The notes under the pieces: generated by a model | Databases searched by the model: none | Told to the model about the DNA's origin: nothing | Seen by the model: the letters and a program-made list of their open reading frames with translations, nothing else | Made by a program: the position numbers and the translations under genes | Assembly (NCBI GenBank): GCA_965231875.1 | Contig: CBDDOM010000002.1 | Location: forward strand, 2,627,942 to 2,691,941 | Direction: 5' to 3' | DNA: 64,000 nucleotides | Source of the DNA: Alphaproteobacteria bacterium | GTDB taxonomy: Bacteria > Pseudomonadota > Alphaproteobacteria > MPNO01 | Shown here: positions 1 through 9,171 of the stretch, in pieces | Numbering within the stretch: the stretch's first letter is position 1 | Layout of the letters: every line of letters starts with the position of its first letter

Positions 1-98
1 TATGATCAAGGAAGGTTCCGATCTCGGGGATGACGGCATTCCGGACGTCATCGCCGGCGAAAAGGAATGAGAACGCTCGTCGAGCGAGGAGAAGCGCA

Positions 99-174
<76 letters not shown>

Positions 175-180
175 AGATCC

Positions 181-219
181 GGGGCCCGGCCGAAAACGGC
201 CGGGCCCCGTTCGATTTTG
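181..219. terminator. Rho-independent terminator-like hairpin after tRNA-Ala
   Basis: GGGGCCCGGCCG-AAAA-CGGCCGGGCCCC is a perfect 12-bp GC stem, followed by GTTCGATTTTGG. It could also terminate the convergent minus-strand gene that ends at 271. Confidence 0.65.
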
Positions 220-270
220 GGGAAACCGGGATTGTAGACGGGCTGGGCCGATTGTCCGGCGCGCCCGCGC

Positions 271-858
271 TCAACTCAGCGCGTAGGGGACCTGGTTCGG
301 GCCCGAGACCTGCTCGCCGTCGACGCCGTTCTCGTAGCCCTTTTGCCTGAAGGTACCGGTGCGCTGGCTGCGGACGATGAAGGCTATGGTCTTGCGGTCG
401 CCGGCATATTCCGAATGGATCTCGTGCGGAGGCACGATGTCGACGTCCCCCGGGCCGCATTCGATCGACACCGTCTCCTTGAGGCGCCTGGTGCCGTCCC
501 CGTCGGTCGCCACGCCGAAGCGAACGATGCGCTCCTCCCCTTCGAGCAGGCCGTATACCGTCCAGCTCGGACCGTGGTCGTGGATCATCGCCCTGCCGCC
601 CGGATTCTTGATCAGGCCGTTGAGCGCGAAGCCGTAATCGGGGTCTTCGTAGAAGAGGAGGTTATCCACCTTCCTGCCGTCGTATCCGCCGACGGGCCAG
701 GCTTGCGCGTGCGCCTTGAGCTCGGGGTCTTCCAGAAGCCCGGAAAGCAGCTCGCCGCAGCGCCGCCAACGGGCTTCCCCCTCCAGTCCGGCGGCGCAGG
801 CCGCGCGCATTTCCGCCACGAATTTCTCGATTGCGGGCAGCATTTTCGTCCGTTCCAT
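271..858 (-). CDS. Cupin-fold protein, cysteine dioxygenase type I-like
   Basis: 195-aa ORF. A His-rich cupin core (MIHDHGPSWTVYGLLEGEERIVRFG, PPHEIHSEYAGD) resembles bacterial cysteine/3-mercaptopropionate dioxygenases. Family assignment is from memory of motifs, not a search. Confidence 0.5.
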   Translation of the reverse strand: MERTKMLPAIEKFVAEMRAACAAGLEGEARWRRCGELLSGLLEDPELKAHAQAWPVGGYDGRKVDNLLFYEDPDYGFALNGLIKNPGGRAMIHDHGPSWTVYGLLEGEERIVRFGVATDGDGTRRLKETVSIECGPGDVDIVPPHEIHSEYAGDRKTIAFIVRSQRTGTFRQKGYENGVDGEQVSGPNQVPYALS

Positions 859-1049
859 CGGGCCTCTCCCGGTTCCCGCGAACGATACCGCCTGCCGATT
901 TCCCGGTCAAAGCGGCGCGTTGCCAACCGGGCGGCCGGTGCGTAGTGTTCGTTAGCTAGCTAAGCATCGGCGTTCCGCGCCGGATCCGCCGCGCCAAGCA
1001 TGAATCGGGACGAGGAAGTGGACGAGGGTTGACCGTGTCTGAAGGCGAT

Positions 1050-1811
1050 ATGGAAACGATTACGTTGCAGGGCATCGAGGTGCCGTACGTTCGGCGGGGC
1101 AGCGGCCAGACGTTGCTCATGCTCCACGGCGGCGGCGGACCGGTGGCGCCCATGCCCTTCGCCGCGCAGCTGATGGACCGATTCGACGTCGTCGCGCCGA
1201 TCCATCCGGGATTCGCGGGCACCCGGATTCCCGATCACTTCGACAACATCCACGACCTGAAGTTTCTCTATCTCGACTTCATCGACGCGCTGGAAATCGA
1301 GGATGCCGTCGTGATGGGCTTCTCGATGGGCGGCTGGACGGCGGCCGAGCTCGCGGTAATGACGACGGCCCGCTTCTCGAAGTTGATCCTGGTCGATTCC
1401 GTGGGGATCAAGCCCGGCGACCGCGATACACGGGATGTCGCCGACGTGTTCGCGCTGCACCCGGCGGAACTCCTCAAGATTACCTGGCACGACACGTCGA
1501 AGGCGCCCAACCCCGCCGAGATGGACGAAGACGCGCTTGCCGCGATGGCCGGCAACCGGATCGCGCTGGCGCTCTATACCTTCGATCCGTACATGCACAA
1601 CCCGAAGCTTCCGCGGCTCTTGCACCGGATCGACATTCCGACCCTCCTGATCTGGGGCGAGAGCGACGGCCTCGTCACCCCCGAATACGGCGCCGCCTTC
1701 CGGGACATGATCCCCGGCGCCAGAATGGTTGTGATCCCCGAGGCCGGGCACGCGCCGCAGGCCGAGCAGCCCGAGGCCTTCGTCTCCGAAATTCTCGCCT
1801 TCGCGTCCTAA
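1050..1811 (+). CDS. Alpha/beta hydrolase fold protein
   Basis: HGGGG oxyanion motif and GFSMGG nucleophile elbow. An ATG at 1050 is preceded by GAAGG. The ORF track starts at a TTG at 1029, so the start is uncertain. Confidence 0.7.
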   Translation: METITLQGIEVPYVRRGSGQTLLMLHGGGGPVAPMPFAAQLMDRFDVVAPIHPGFAGTRIPDHFDNIHDLKFLYLDFIDALEIEDAVVMGFSMGGWTAAELAVMTTARFSKLILVDSVGIKPGDRDTRDVADVFALHPAELLKITWHDTSKAPNPAEMDEDALAAMAGNRIALALYTFDPYMHNPKLPRLLHRIDIPTLLIWGESDGLVTPEYGAAFRDMIPGARMVVIPEAGHAPQAEQPEAFVSEILAFAS

Positions 1812-1826
1812 CCGAGGAGCCCGACG

Positions 1827-3059
1827 TTGAAGACCTGGTTCTTTACCGAAGACGCCTATCCGTATCTGCCGGACGCGGACAGCTACGAGTCGATCCGCGT
1901 CAACCTGCCCAACAAGCACTACGACCCCGAGATCGGCGCCGACCTCTACCACCGCTATCTCGACATGTGGAGCGCGGCCGACGAAATCGGTCTCGAGATC
2001 ATGCTCAACGAGCACCACCAGACGGCAACCTGCGTGGTGCCCGCCGCGCCTTTGATGCTGTCGATCCTGGCGCGCGAGACCAAACGCGCGCGCCTCCTGA
2101 TCCTCGGCAACCCGATCGGCAACCGGAACACGCCGGTTCGCGTGGCGGAAGAGATGGCGATGGTCGACGTGTTGTCGCGCGGCCGGCTCGAATGCGGCTT
2201 CGTGCGCGGGGTGCCTTACGAATCCGCGCCCGCCAACGTGATCGCGTTCCGCGGCACGGAGCGCCTGTGGGAAGCGCATGATTTGATCATGAAGGCCTGG
2301 ACCCATCATGAGGGTCCGTTCAACTTCGAGGGTCGCTTCTATCATATGCGCCAGGTCAATATCTGGCCCCGCCCCTACCAGCAGCCCCACCCGCCGGTCT
2401 GGGTGACCATCGGCAGCGCCGGCAGCGGCGTGCAGGTGGCGAAGCACAAGCATGTCGGCGCGGTCTTCCTCGCCGGCTATAACGGCATCCGTACGATCTT
2501 CGACGGCTACCGCGGCGGCTACCGCGAGGCCCATGGCAAAGAGGCGCCGCTCGACCGGCTCGCCTATTGCGCGCTGATCCATGTCGGCGAGAACGAGAGC
2601 CGGGCCCGCGAGGGCGCGGAAAAGATCCTCTGGTACATGACCTCCAACAAGGTCGCGGCGCAGTGGAACAACCCGCCCGGCTACCACCCACCGCATGTCG
2701 CCGCGATGATCATGAAGGGCACGCGCGGCGGCGCCGGCGTCCCGCTCAACCCGCAGCTCGACGACCAGATGGCGCGCGGCAACGTGTTCGCCGGCACGCC
2801 CGACAAGGTCTTCGAGCAGATCAAGGCATTCTGGGAGTATTCCGGCGGGTTTGGCCACTTGCTGATGATGGGCCAGGCCGGGTTCCTCAGCTACGGCGAT
2901 ACGCTGACCTCGATGCAGCTCTTCAACGACGAGGTCTATCCGAGGCTGCGCGAACTCACCGAGTCCTACGATCCCGACCGCATGGCCTATCTGCGCAATT
3001 CGCTTCCCGATGTCGAGGCGACCTCGCTCGGCGATCTCGGCTTCGCGTTCGTCCGGTAG
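1827..3059 (+). CDS. LLM-class (luciferase-like) flavin-dependent oxidoreductase
   Basis: 410 aa. The N-terminus (MKTWFFTEDAYPYLP...IMLNEHHQ) and overall pattern are typical of the luciferase-like monooxygenase family. Apparent TTG start with GAGGAG 7 nt upstream. Confidence 0.65.
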   Translation: MKTWFFTEDAYPYLPDADSYESIRVNLPNKHYDPEIGADLYHRYLDMWSAADEIGLEIMLNEHHQTATCVVPAAPLMLSILARETKRARLLILGNPIGNRNTPVRVAEEMAMVDVLSRGRLECGFVRGVPYESAPANVIAFRGTERLWEAHDLIMKAWTHHEGPFNFEGRFYHMRQVNIWPRPYQQPHPPVWVTIGSAGSGVQVAKHKHVGAVFLAGYNGIRTIFDGYRGGYREAHGKEAPLDRLAYCALIHVGENESRAREGAEKILWYMTSNKVAAQWNNPPGYHPPHVAAMIMKGTRGGAGVPLNPQLDDQMARGNVFAGTPDKVFEQIKAFWEYSGGFGHLLMMGQAGFLSYGDTLTSMQLFNDEVYPRLRELTESYDPDRMAYLRNSLPDVEATSLGDLGFAFVR

Positions 3060-3064
3060 CTCCG

Positions 3065-3907
3065 ATGACCGGGATCGCGAGCAAGTATGTCGACGTCGAC
3101 GGCATCCGCACCCACTATCTGGAGGCGGGGGAGGGGCCGACCGTGGTGCTCCTGCATTCGGGCGAATACGGCGGCGCGGCCGAGATCAGCTGGCAGTTCA
3201 CCATCCCGGCGCTGGCCCCCGAATTCCACGTTGTCGCGCCGGACTGGCTCGGCTTCGGGCGCACCGACAAGGTGTTCGACTTCGGCGATGCGCGGAGCCG
3301 CGTCTACCGCCACATGCAGCGTTTTGTCGAGGCGATGGGGATCGAGGAGGCCGATTTCATCGGCAACTCGATGGGCGGCAGCAATCTCGTGCGGATTGCC
3401 GCGACCGAGCCCGACCTCCTGCCGCTGCGTTCGATCGTGCTGTGCAGCGGCGGCGGATTCACCCCCGAGTCCGAGGAGCGCAAGGTCCTGCTCGCCTATG
3501 ACGGCAGCGAGGATGCGATGCGGGCGCTGGTCAAGGCGATGCTGCACGACCCCAAATGGGGCGACGACGATGCGCATATCGCCCGGCGGCAGGAATTCGC
3601 GCTGATGAAGGGCGCCTGGGAGTGCCAGTCGGCGCCGCGCTTGCGGCCGCCGGCGGTGGGGACGGCGGGTTCCGGGTTCGGCACTCCCGACAATACGCCT
3701 TACGAGAACATCGCCGTGCCCGCTTTGATCGTTGCGGGCGCGAACGATCCGCTGCGTGAGCAGGGTTACGCGCCCAAGCTCGCCGAGCGCATCGACGGTG
3801 CCGAGCTGATCGTCTACGAGGATTGTGGGCATTGCCCCAATATCGAGTACGCCGACAAGTTCAACGCGGCGGTGCTCGATTTTCTCCGCCGGGTCAACGC
3901 CGGCTGA
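3065..3907 (+). CDS. Alpha/beta hydrolase (C-C bond / meta-cleavage-product hydrolase-like)
   Basis: An ATG follows the LLM stop by 5 nt. LLHSGEYGG and GNSMGG motifs; about 280 aa. Confidence 0.7.
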   Translation: MTGIASKYVDVDGIRTHYLEAGEGPTVVLLHSGEYGGAAEISWQFTIPALAPEFHVVAPDWLGFGRTDKVFDFGDARSRVYRHMQRFVEAMGIEEADFIGNSMGGSNLVRIAATEPDLLPLRSIVLCSGGGFTPESEERKVLLAYDGSEDAMRALVKAMLHDPKWGDDDAHIARRQEFALMKGAWECQSAPRLRPPAVGTAGSGFGTPDNTPYENIAVPALIVAGANDPLREQGYAPKLAERIDGAELIVYEDCGHCPNIEYADKFNAAVLDFLRRVNAG

Positions 3908-3922
3908 CAGGCGGGAAGCGGG

Positions 3923-5512
3923 TCAGTAAGCCGCCACGGTTCCGTTGCTGCGCGGGTCGGTCGCTCCCGACAGCCGGCCGTCCGGATGGCGGATAACGAC
4001 GCCCGCATGGCCCATCACGTCGCTGTGCGCGGAGACCGTCTCGACTTCGTGCCCGGCGGCGGCGAGCGCCTCCACCACGTCTCGGGCGAATCCCCGTTCG
4101 ATCCTGAGCGATGTCGTCTCTTCTCCCCAGGCGCGCCCCAGCAGCCAGCGCGGCGCGCTCACCGCCGTCTGTGGGTCCATGCCGCAGGTGACGATACGGC
4201 TGTAGAGCGCCGCCTGGGTCTGGGGCTGTCCTTCCCCGCCCATCGTGCCGAACGCCATGACGCGGCCGTCCGCCAGCCGTGCAAGCGGCGGGTTGAGGGT
4301 ATGGAACGGCTTTCGGTCGGGGGCGAGCCGGTTGGGTCCGCTGTCTCCGAGACTCATGCCCGAACCCCGGTTCTGCCAGACCAGCCCGGTATCCGGCAGC
4401 ACCAGGCCCGATCCGAACTCCCAGTACAGGCTCTGGATGAAGCTGACCGCCCGGCCGGCGCTGTCGATCGCGCCCATCCAGATGGTGTCGCCGTCGGGCC
4501 CGGCCTGCGGCCAGAGCGCGGCGGTTTGGCGGTCGATGCCGCGCGCCGTTTCGTCGAGCGTCCCGGGCGTCAGCCAGTCCGCGGCATCGACCTCCATCGT
4601 CGCCGGGTCGCCCAAATGGGCATTGCGCAGCAGGAAGGCACGCTTTGTCGCCTCGACGATGCCGTGGAGATGGGCGAATCCATCCGGTTCCTCGTCTTCC
4701 AGCCCCAGGCGGTCAATGAGTCCCAGGATCATCAGCGCGGTCGCGCCCTGGGTCGGCGGCGGCATGTTGAAGACCGTGCCGGCGGCGAGGTCGACCGATA
4801 GCGGAGCGCATCGCAGCGCCCGGTGGCGAGCGAAATCGTCCGGGCCGACAGGCGCGCCGAGACGGCCGAGATCGGCGGCGATCCGACGCGCCAGCCCGCC
4901 GCGGTAGAAGTCGTCGAGACCGTCGCGCGCGAGGCAGCGCAGCGTTTCGGCAAGCGCCGGATTACGGAACGTATTGCCGGGGGCGGGCGCCGTGCCGTCC
5001 ACCAGAAACGTATCCGCGAAACCCGGAATCGGGGCCAGCTCATCGGCCTTGAGCGCCGTGGTCGCCGCTTGGTTGTCGCTGGCCGGAAACCCGGTTCCCG
5101 CAAGCCAGGTCGCGTCTTCCAGCAGCCGTTCGAGCGGCATCCGCCCGCCCCATTCGGCGGCAATGGCCAGCGCCGCTTCCCACCCCGACACCGTGCCGGC
5201 GACCGTATTGGCGGCGAGCGGACCGCGTGCCGGGATCGCGGTCGCGCCGGCATACAGCGCGGGCGTCGCGGCCGCGCCGGTCGCGCCGCAGGCATCGATC
5301 CCGACCGGCGCGGCGCCGGGGGCCGCGATCAGCCAGAAGCCGTCTCCGCCGAGCCCGTTCATGTGTGGGTAGACCACCGCGACGGTGGCCGCCGCGGCGA
5401 CCATCGCCTCGATCGCGTTGCCGCCTTCCCGCAACACCGCGAGCCCGGCCGACGCGGCGAGCCCGTGCGGCGCGACGACCATCCCGCGGACGCCGTCCGT
5501 CGCCCTCAGCAT
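3923..5512 (-). CDS. ggt: Gamma-glutamyltransferase
   Basis: GGT family motifs: GMVVAPHGLAASAGLAVLREGGNAIEAMVAAAATVAVVYPHMNGLGGDGFWLI, and the PPTQGATAL region holding the catalytic Thr. The long Arg-rich N-terminal extension of the ORF was trimmed to Met148, 530 aa. Confidence 0.8.
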   Translation of the reverse strand: MLRATDGVRGMVVAPHGLAASAGLAVLREGGNAIEAMVAAAATVAVVYPHMNGLGGDGFWLIAAPGAAPVGIDACGATGAAATPALYAGATAIPARGPLAANTVAGTVSGWEAALAIAAEWGGRMPLERLLEDATWLAGTGFPASDNQAATTALKADELAPIPGFADTFLVDGTAPAPGNTFRNPALAETLRCLARDGLDDFYRGGLARRIAADLGRLGAPVGPDDFARHRALRCAPLSVDLAAGTVFNMPPPTQGATALMILGLIDRLGLEDEEPDGFAHLHGIVEATKRAFLLRNAHLGDPATMEVDAADWLTPGTLDETARGIDRQTAALWPQAGPDGDTIWMGAIDSAGRAVSFIQSLYWEFGSGLVLPDTGLVWQNRGSGMSLGDSGPNRLAPDRKPFHTLNPPLARLADGRVMAFGTMGGEGQPQTQAALYSRIVTCGMDPQTAVSAPRWLLGRAWGEETTSLRIERGFARDVVEALAAAGHEVETVSAHSDVMGHAGVVIRHPDGRLSGATDPRSNGTVAAY

Positions 5513-6378
5513 CCGGCGGCACCTGCGCGCGAAATATCGCCCTCGGCGACATGAACCTCGGCGGTCGGGTTGATTCCCTCGATCCAGCTCGGGTGGCGGT
5601 CGAACAGCAACGGGTCGTGGCCCGGGACGATGCGCTCGAAGGCGTCGCCCACCACGGCCCGGATTCGGCGATAGCAGTCGATCAGGTTCCAGGCGTCTCC
5701 CTGGATATAGGCAGGCGGCCACATGCGCTCGATGTTCGAATACCAGTAGACGCAATCGCCGGCGACGACATAGGGCCCGGAACGGGTCGAAACTTCCAGC
5801 CATTGCGAACCGAAGGTGTGCGAATCGCGGGCGAGGTGGGCCAACACGCCGGGCAGAATTTCGCCGTCGCCGTCGAGGAATTCGACGCGATCGTCTGCGA
5901 TCAGCCCCTCCAGCACTTCGAAGTCGTCCGGATTGATCGAGGAAAGCGGCCATTTGCGGGTATCGGACCCCAGCCCGTCGGGCAGCGCGAACACGCCTTG
6001 CCAGCCCATGTACTCCGCGCGCTGGACATGGAAACGGGCATTGGGAAACCGGTCGAGATTGCCGGCGTGGTCGAAATGAAGGTGGGTGAGGATGACGTCT
6101 TCCACGTCTTCCGGCGCGAAGCCGATCTTGGCGAGCGTGGTCTCCGGGTGCTCGACTCCCTCATAAGCTTTCCCGCTCGGCGACCAGCCGCCCTTCATCC
6201 CCGTGTCGATCAAGGCCAGGCGCCTTCTCCCGCCCTCCGGCCCGCCATGGAGGGCGGTGTAGATCATCGGATTGCGGACCATGCCCTGGTTGCTCTCGAG
6301 CAAGGTCCCGCCGAAGAAATCCCGCGGCATGTTCGAACGCGTATAGGCGAAAGCCCAGATCGAATAGTCGGTCCGCAT
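5506..6378 (-). CDS. MBL-fold metallo-hydrolase (lactonase-like HxHxDH)
   Basis: HLHFDHAGN metallo-beta-lactamase motif. The stop is 3 nt upstream of the ggt start, so the two are co-operonic. Confidence 0.7.
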   Translation of the reverse strand: MRTDYSIWAFAYTRSNMPRDFFGGTLLESNQGMVRNPMIYTALHGGPEGGRRRLALIDTGMKGGWSPSGKAYEGVEHPETTLAKIGFAPEDVEDVILTHLHFDHAGNLDRFPNARFHVQRAEYMGWQGVFALPDGLGSDTRKWPLSSINPDDFEVLEGLIADDRVEFLDGDGEILPGVLAHLARDSHTFGSQWLEVSTRSGPYVVAGDCVYWYSNIERMWPPAYIQGDAWNLIDCYRRIRAVVGDAFERIVPGHDPLLFDRHPSWIEGINPTAEVHVAEGDISRAGAAGC

Positions 6379-6422
6379 CCGCTTCGCCCGGTTGCGCGGT
6401 CAGGCGCCTTGCGCCGGCCGGT

Positions 6423-6731
6423 TCAATCGGCGCCCGCGCCCGGCACCATGCTGCGGGCGTAGGTCCGGGCGGCGGCGCTGTCGTTGTGATTGTAGGCGCC
6501 GCCATGGAAAAAGCGGCTCACCTGGGGCAGGAAATAGGGGTGCACGCCGAGTTCGGCGAGCTTGCGGATGTCCACATTCCGGAACGCTTCCTTCTCGGTC
6601 TCGCTCAGCCCGTATTCCTCGAACACGGTCTCTGTGTCCTGGCGGAAGCGCTGGAACAGCCGCATGTCGCGGCGAACCTCGAAGATCATGCGGTTCGACG
6701 GCAAAGTTCGGTCGACATCTGCGATGGGCAT
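6423..6731 (-). CDS. LigA-domain small protein (aromatic ring-opening dioxygenase LigAB alpha-subunit-like), stand-alone
   Basis: 102 aa. The segment QRFRQDTETVFEEYGLSETEKEAFRNVDIRKLAELGVHPYFLPQVSRFF aligns by eye with the LigA core (RERFKADESAYLDEWNLTPAAKAAVLARDYNAMIDEGGNVYFLSKLF). No LigB partner is adjacent. Confidence 0.45.
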   Translation of the reverse strand: MPIADVDRTLPSNRMIFEVRRDMRLFQRFRQDTETVFEEYGLSETEKEAFRNVDIRKLAELGVHPYFLPQVSRFFHGGAYNHNDSAAARTYARSMVPGAGAD

Positions 6732-6794
6732 ACCGGCCTCGCTTCAAGCGGCGGACGTCCAAGCAAACCACGCCCGGCGCGAAGCCGCAACGCC

Positions 6795-7769
6795 TCAACC
6801 GCGGCTGCAGGCACCTCCGCCAAGAACGCAGAACCGGGCGCAGTGAGGATGGTTGAGCTTCACCTCGCCGGACGCCTCGGCAAGGCTGTGGCCCAGATCG
6901 AACTGCGTCTCGTAAGGCAGTAGCGTGCAGGCGACCACGCTCGCCGGCTCTCCCTTGCGCTTGACCACCATGCGTTGGGTCGCGCACATCATCGCGGCCG
7001 GCGAAACGCCGAGAATGCCCCAGCAGGCCTCGGTTATTTCGGGAACATCGGCGGTCTCGTCCATCTCCGGCAGCAATGTCAGCTTGACCGGATCCCCGAC
7101 GTCGAAGTCGATACGGTGCTCCGCGAACAGACGGGCGTAGCCGGCCCTCAGCGACTCTTCGCTCTCGCTCCAGCAAGTGCGGCCGCAGATGTGGACGTTG
7201 AAGCCGTTCTCCACCAGCCAGCCCAAGCCGGCGACGGCGGGCTTCCAGGACCGCTCGCCCCGCTCCATTTCATGCAGCGCCTGCCCGTAATGGTCGAGCG
7301 AGACGCGGATGGCGAGCCGGTCCCCATGGGCTTCTTTGAGCCGGAGAAGCTCCCTGGCACGCGTCATCATCGGGCGCATCGCGTTGGTCAGCACCAGGAC
7401 ACGAAATCCGCGGTCGAGGCAGGTCTCGACGATCGGCGCGATTTCGGGGTTCATGAAGGGTTCGCCGCCGGTCAGCCCGATCTCCCGCGTCGGCAGGCCG
7501 GTTTCGGCAATCTCGTCGAGGAAGCGCACCACGTCGGCGAGCGGCAGGTATGCGAGGCGGTCGTTGGTCGGGCTCGACTCGATATAGCAGTTGCGACACG
7601 TGATGTTGCACAGCGTGCCGGTGTTGAACCACAGGGTCCGGAGCGCGTCGAGCGCGACCGAGGCACGCCGGGCGCCGTCCGCCGTGACATCCGGGTCGCG
7701 AAACTTGGCGCCGTCGAGCGCGGGGGCCTCGATCGAGGCAGGGTCTACCCTCATCTTGCCTGGGCTCAT
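6795..7769 (-). CDS. Radical SAM protein with Cys-rich C-terminus (ArsS/TIGR04167-like?)
   Basis: CNITCRNC is a CxxxCxxC radical SAM cluster motif, followed by GLTGGEPF. The C-terminus ends HCARFCVLGGGAC. The ORF-track start at 7892 is a TTG; the first ATG is at about 7769 or 7754, so the start is uncertain. Confidence 0.6.
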   Translation of the reverse strand: MSPGKMRVDPASIEAPALDGAKFRDPDVTADGARRASVALDALRTLWFNTGTLCNITCRNCYIESSPTNDRLAYLPLADVVRFLDEIAETGLPTREIGLTGGEPFMNPEIAPIVETCLDRGFRVLVLTNAMRPMMTRARELLRLKEAHGDRLAIRVSLDHYGQALHEMERGERSWKPAVAGLGWLVENGFNVHICGRTCWSESEESLRAGYARLFAEHRIDFDVGDPVKLTLLPEMDETADVPEITEACWGILGVSPAAMMCATQRMVVKRKGEPASVVACTLLPYETQFDLGHSLAEASGEVKLNHPHCARFCVLGGGACSRG

Positions 7770-7948
7770 CCTGGAAGGAACGGGATCGTATAGCGAACGC
7801 TTCCCGGCGGCGATAGCCAATATTTCGTGATCGTGCGCGGGGATATGGCCCCGGGCGTCCCCGCGTACTAAGTAGAGCACGAGCGTTTGCAATGCGGGAC
7901 GGGTGGCACGGGTGCCGCGCCACCCCGACTGGATCGAAGGAGGAATTC

Positions 7949-8608
7949 ATGACGCTGCGGATCAACGCGGAAGCCCCCAATTTCACCGCCGAAACGACCG
8001 AGGGGACTATCGATTTCCATGACTGGATCGGCGATGGCTGGGCGATCCTGTTCTCGCATCCCAAGGACTTCACGCCGGTCTGCACGACCGAGCTCGGCTA
8101 CATGGCCGGTCTGGCGTCCGCGTTCGCCGAGCGCAATACCAAGATCCTCGGCCTCAGCGTCGACCCGGTCGGCAACCACAGGAAGTGGTTCAAGGACATC
8201 GAGGAGACCCAGGGCCACGCCGTGACCTATCCGCTGGTCGGCGATCCCGGGCTTGAGGTGGCCAAGCTCTACGACATGCTGCCGGAGGGCGCGGGCGACA
8301 CATCCGAAGGCCGCACCGCGGCCGACAACGCGACCGTTCGTTCGGTCTTCGTCATCGGGCCGGACAAGAAGATCAAGGCGATGCTCACCTATCCGATGAG
8401 CACCGGCCGCAATTTCGACGAAGTGATGCGCCTGCTCGATTCGATCCAGCTCACGGCGAAGCACTCGGTGGCGACGCCGGTCAACTGGAAGGACGGCGAC
8501 GACTGCATCATTCTGCCGGCGGTCTCCGACGATGCCGCGAAGGAGATGTTCCCGGGCGGCTGGGACGCGCCGAGACCCTATCTCCGGATCGTGCCGCAGC
8601 CCGAGTAG
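7949..8608 (+). CDS. Peroxiredoxin (Prx6 / 1-Cys-like)
   Basis: PKDFTPVCTTELG peroxidatic Cys motif. GGAAGGA RBS 6 nt before the ATG. Divergent from the radical SAM operon. Confidence 0.8.
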   Translation: MTLRINAEAPNFTAETTEGTIDFHDWIGDGWAILFSHPKDFTPVCTTELGYMAGLASAFAERNTKILGLSVDPVGNHRKWFKDIEETQGHAVTYPLVGDPGLEVAKLYDMLPEGAGDTSEGRTAADNATVRSVFVIGPDKKIKAMLTYPMSTGRNFDEVMRLLDSIQLTAKHSVATPVNWKDGDDCIILPAVSDDAAKEMFPGGWDAPRPYLRIVPQPE

Positions 8609-8705
8609 AACGCCGCGCGGCGCCGATGCGGCCACCGCACCGCACCGGCGCCCGGCGAACCATCCGGGCCGACCCAGGCAGAGATCGTTGTCCGAAGAAA
8701 AGCAC

Positions 8706-9158
8706 ATGCGCCGGGCGATCGCGCTCTCCTTCGCCATGATGCGCGCCGACCGGGGCGGCCCGTTCGGTGCTGTGATCGTCCGGGACGGGGCGGTGATCGC
8801 CGAGGGCTTCAACAGGGTCACGTCGGATAACGACCCGACGGCACACGCGGAGGTCACCGCCATCCGCGCGGCCTGCGCCGCGCTCGGCACATTCTCGCTC
8901 GAAGGCTGCGAGATCTACACCTCTTGCGAGCCCTGCCCGATGTGCCTCGCGGCGATCTACTGGGCGCGGCTCGACCGGATCTTCTACGCCAACACCCGCC
9001 AGGACGCGGCGCGTATCGGGTTCGACGACGATCACATCTATCGCGAGATCCCGCTTCCTCCCGAGCGCCGGGCGATCCCGATGAGCCGGGTGCTGGCCGA
9101 CGAGGCGGCGGACGCGTTTCGCGAATGGGAAGAAAAACCGGACAAGGTTCCGTATTGA
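8706..9158 (+). CDS. Nucleoside deaminase (CMP/dCMP-deaminase zinc-binding family)
   Basis: HAEVTAI and CEPCPMC zinc-binding motifs. Confidence 0.75.
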   Translation: MRRAIALSFAMMRADRGGPFGAVIVRDGAVIAEGFNRVTSDNDPTAHAEVTAIRAACAALGTFSLEGCEIYTSCEPCPMCLAAIYWARLDRIFYANTRQDAARIGFDDDHIYREIPLPPERRAIPMSRVLADEAADAFREWEEKPDKVPY

Positions 9159-9171
9159 CCGGGGATCGCGC

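Noticed and set aside
960-2858. 632-aa minus-strand ORF
   Set aside because: It is antisense to two well-supported plus-strand genes (hydrolase and LLM oxidoreductase). The translation is Arg/Gly/Ala-rich low-complexity sequence typical of GC-rich shadow frames, with no motifs.
3923-5953. 147-aa Arg-rich N-terminal extension on the GGT ORF
   Set aside because: The GGT family begins at the internal Met (5512). The extension overlaps the MBL gene in another frame and is pure low-complexity sequence.
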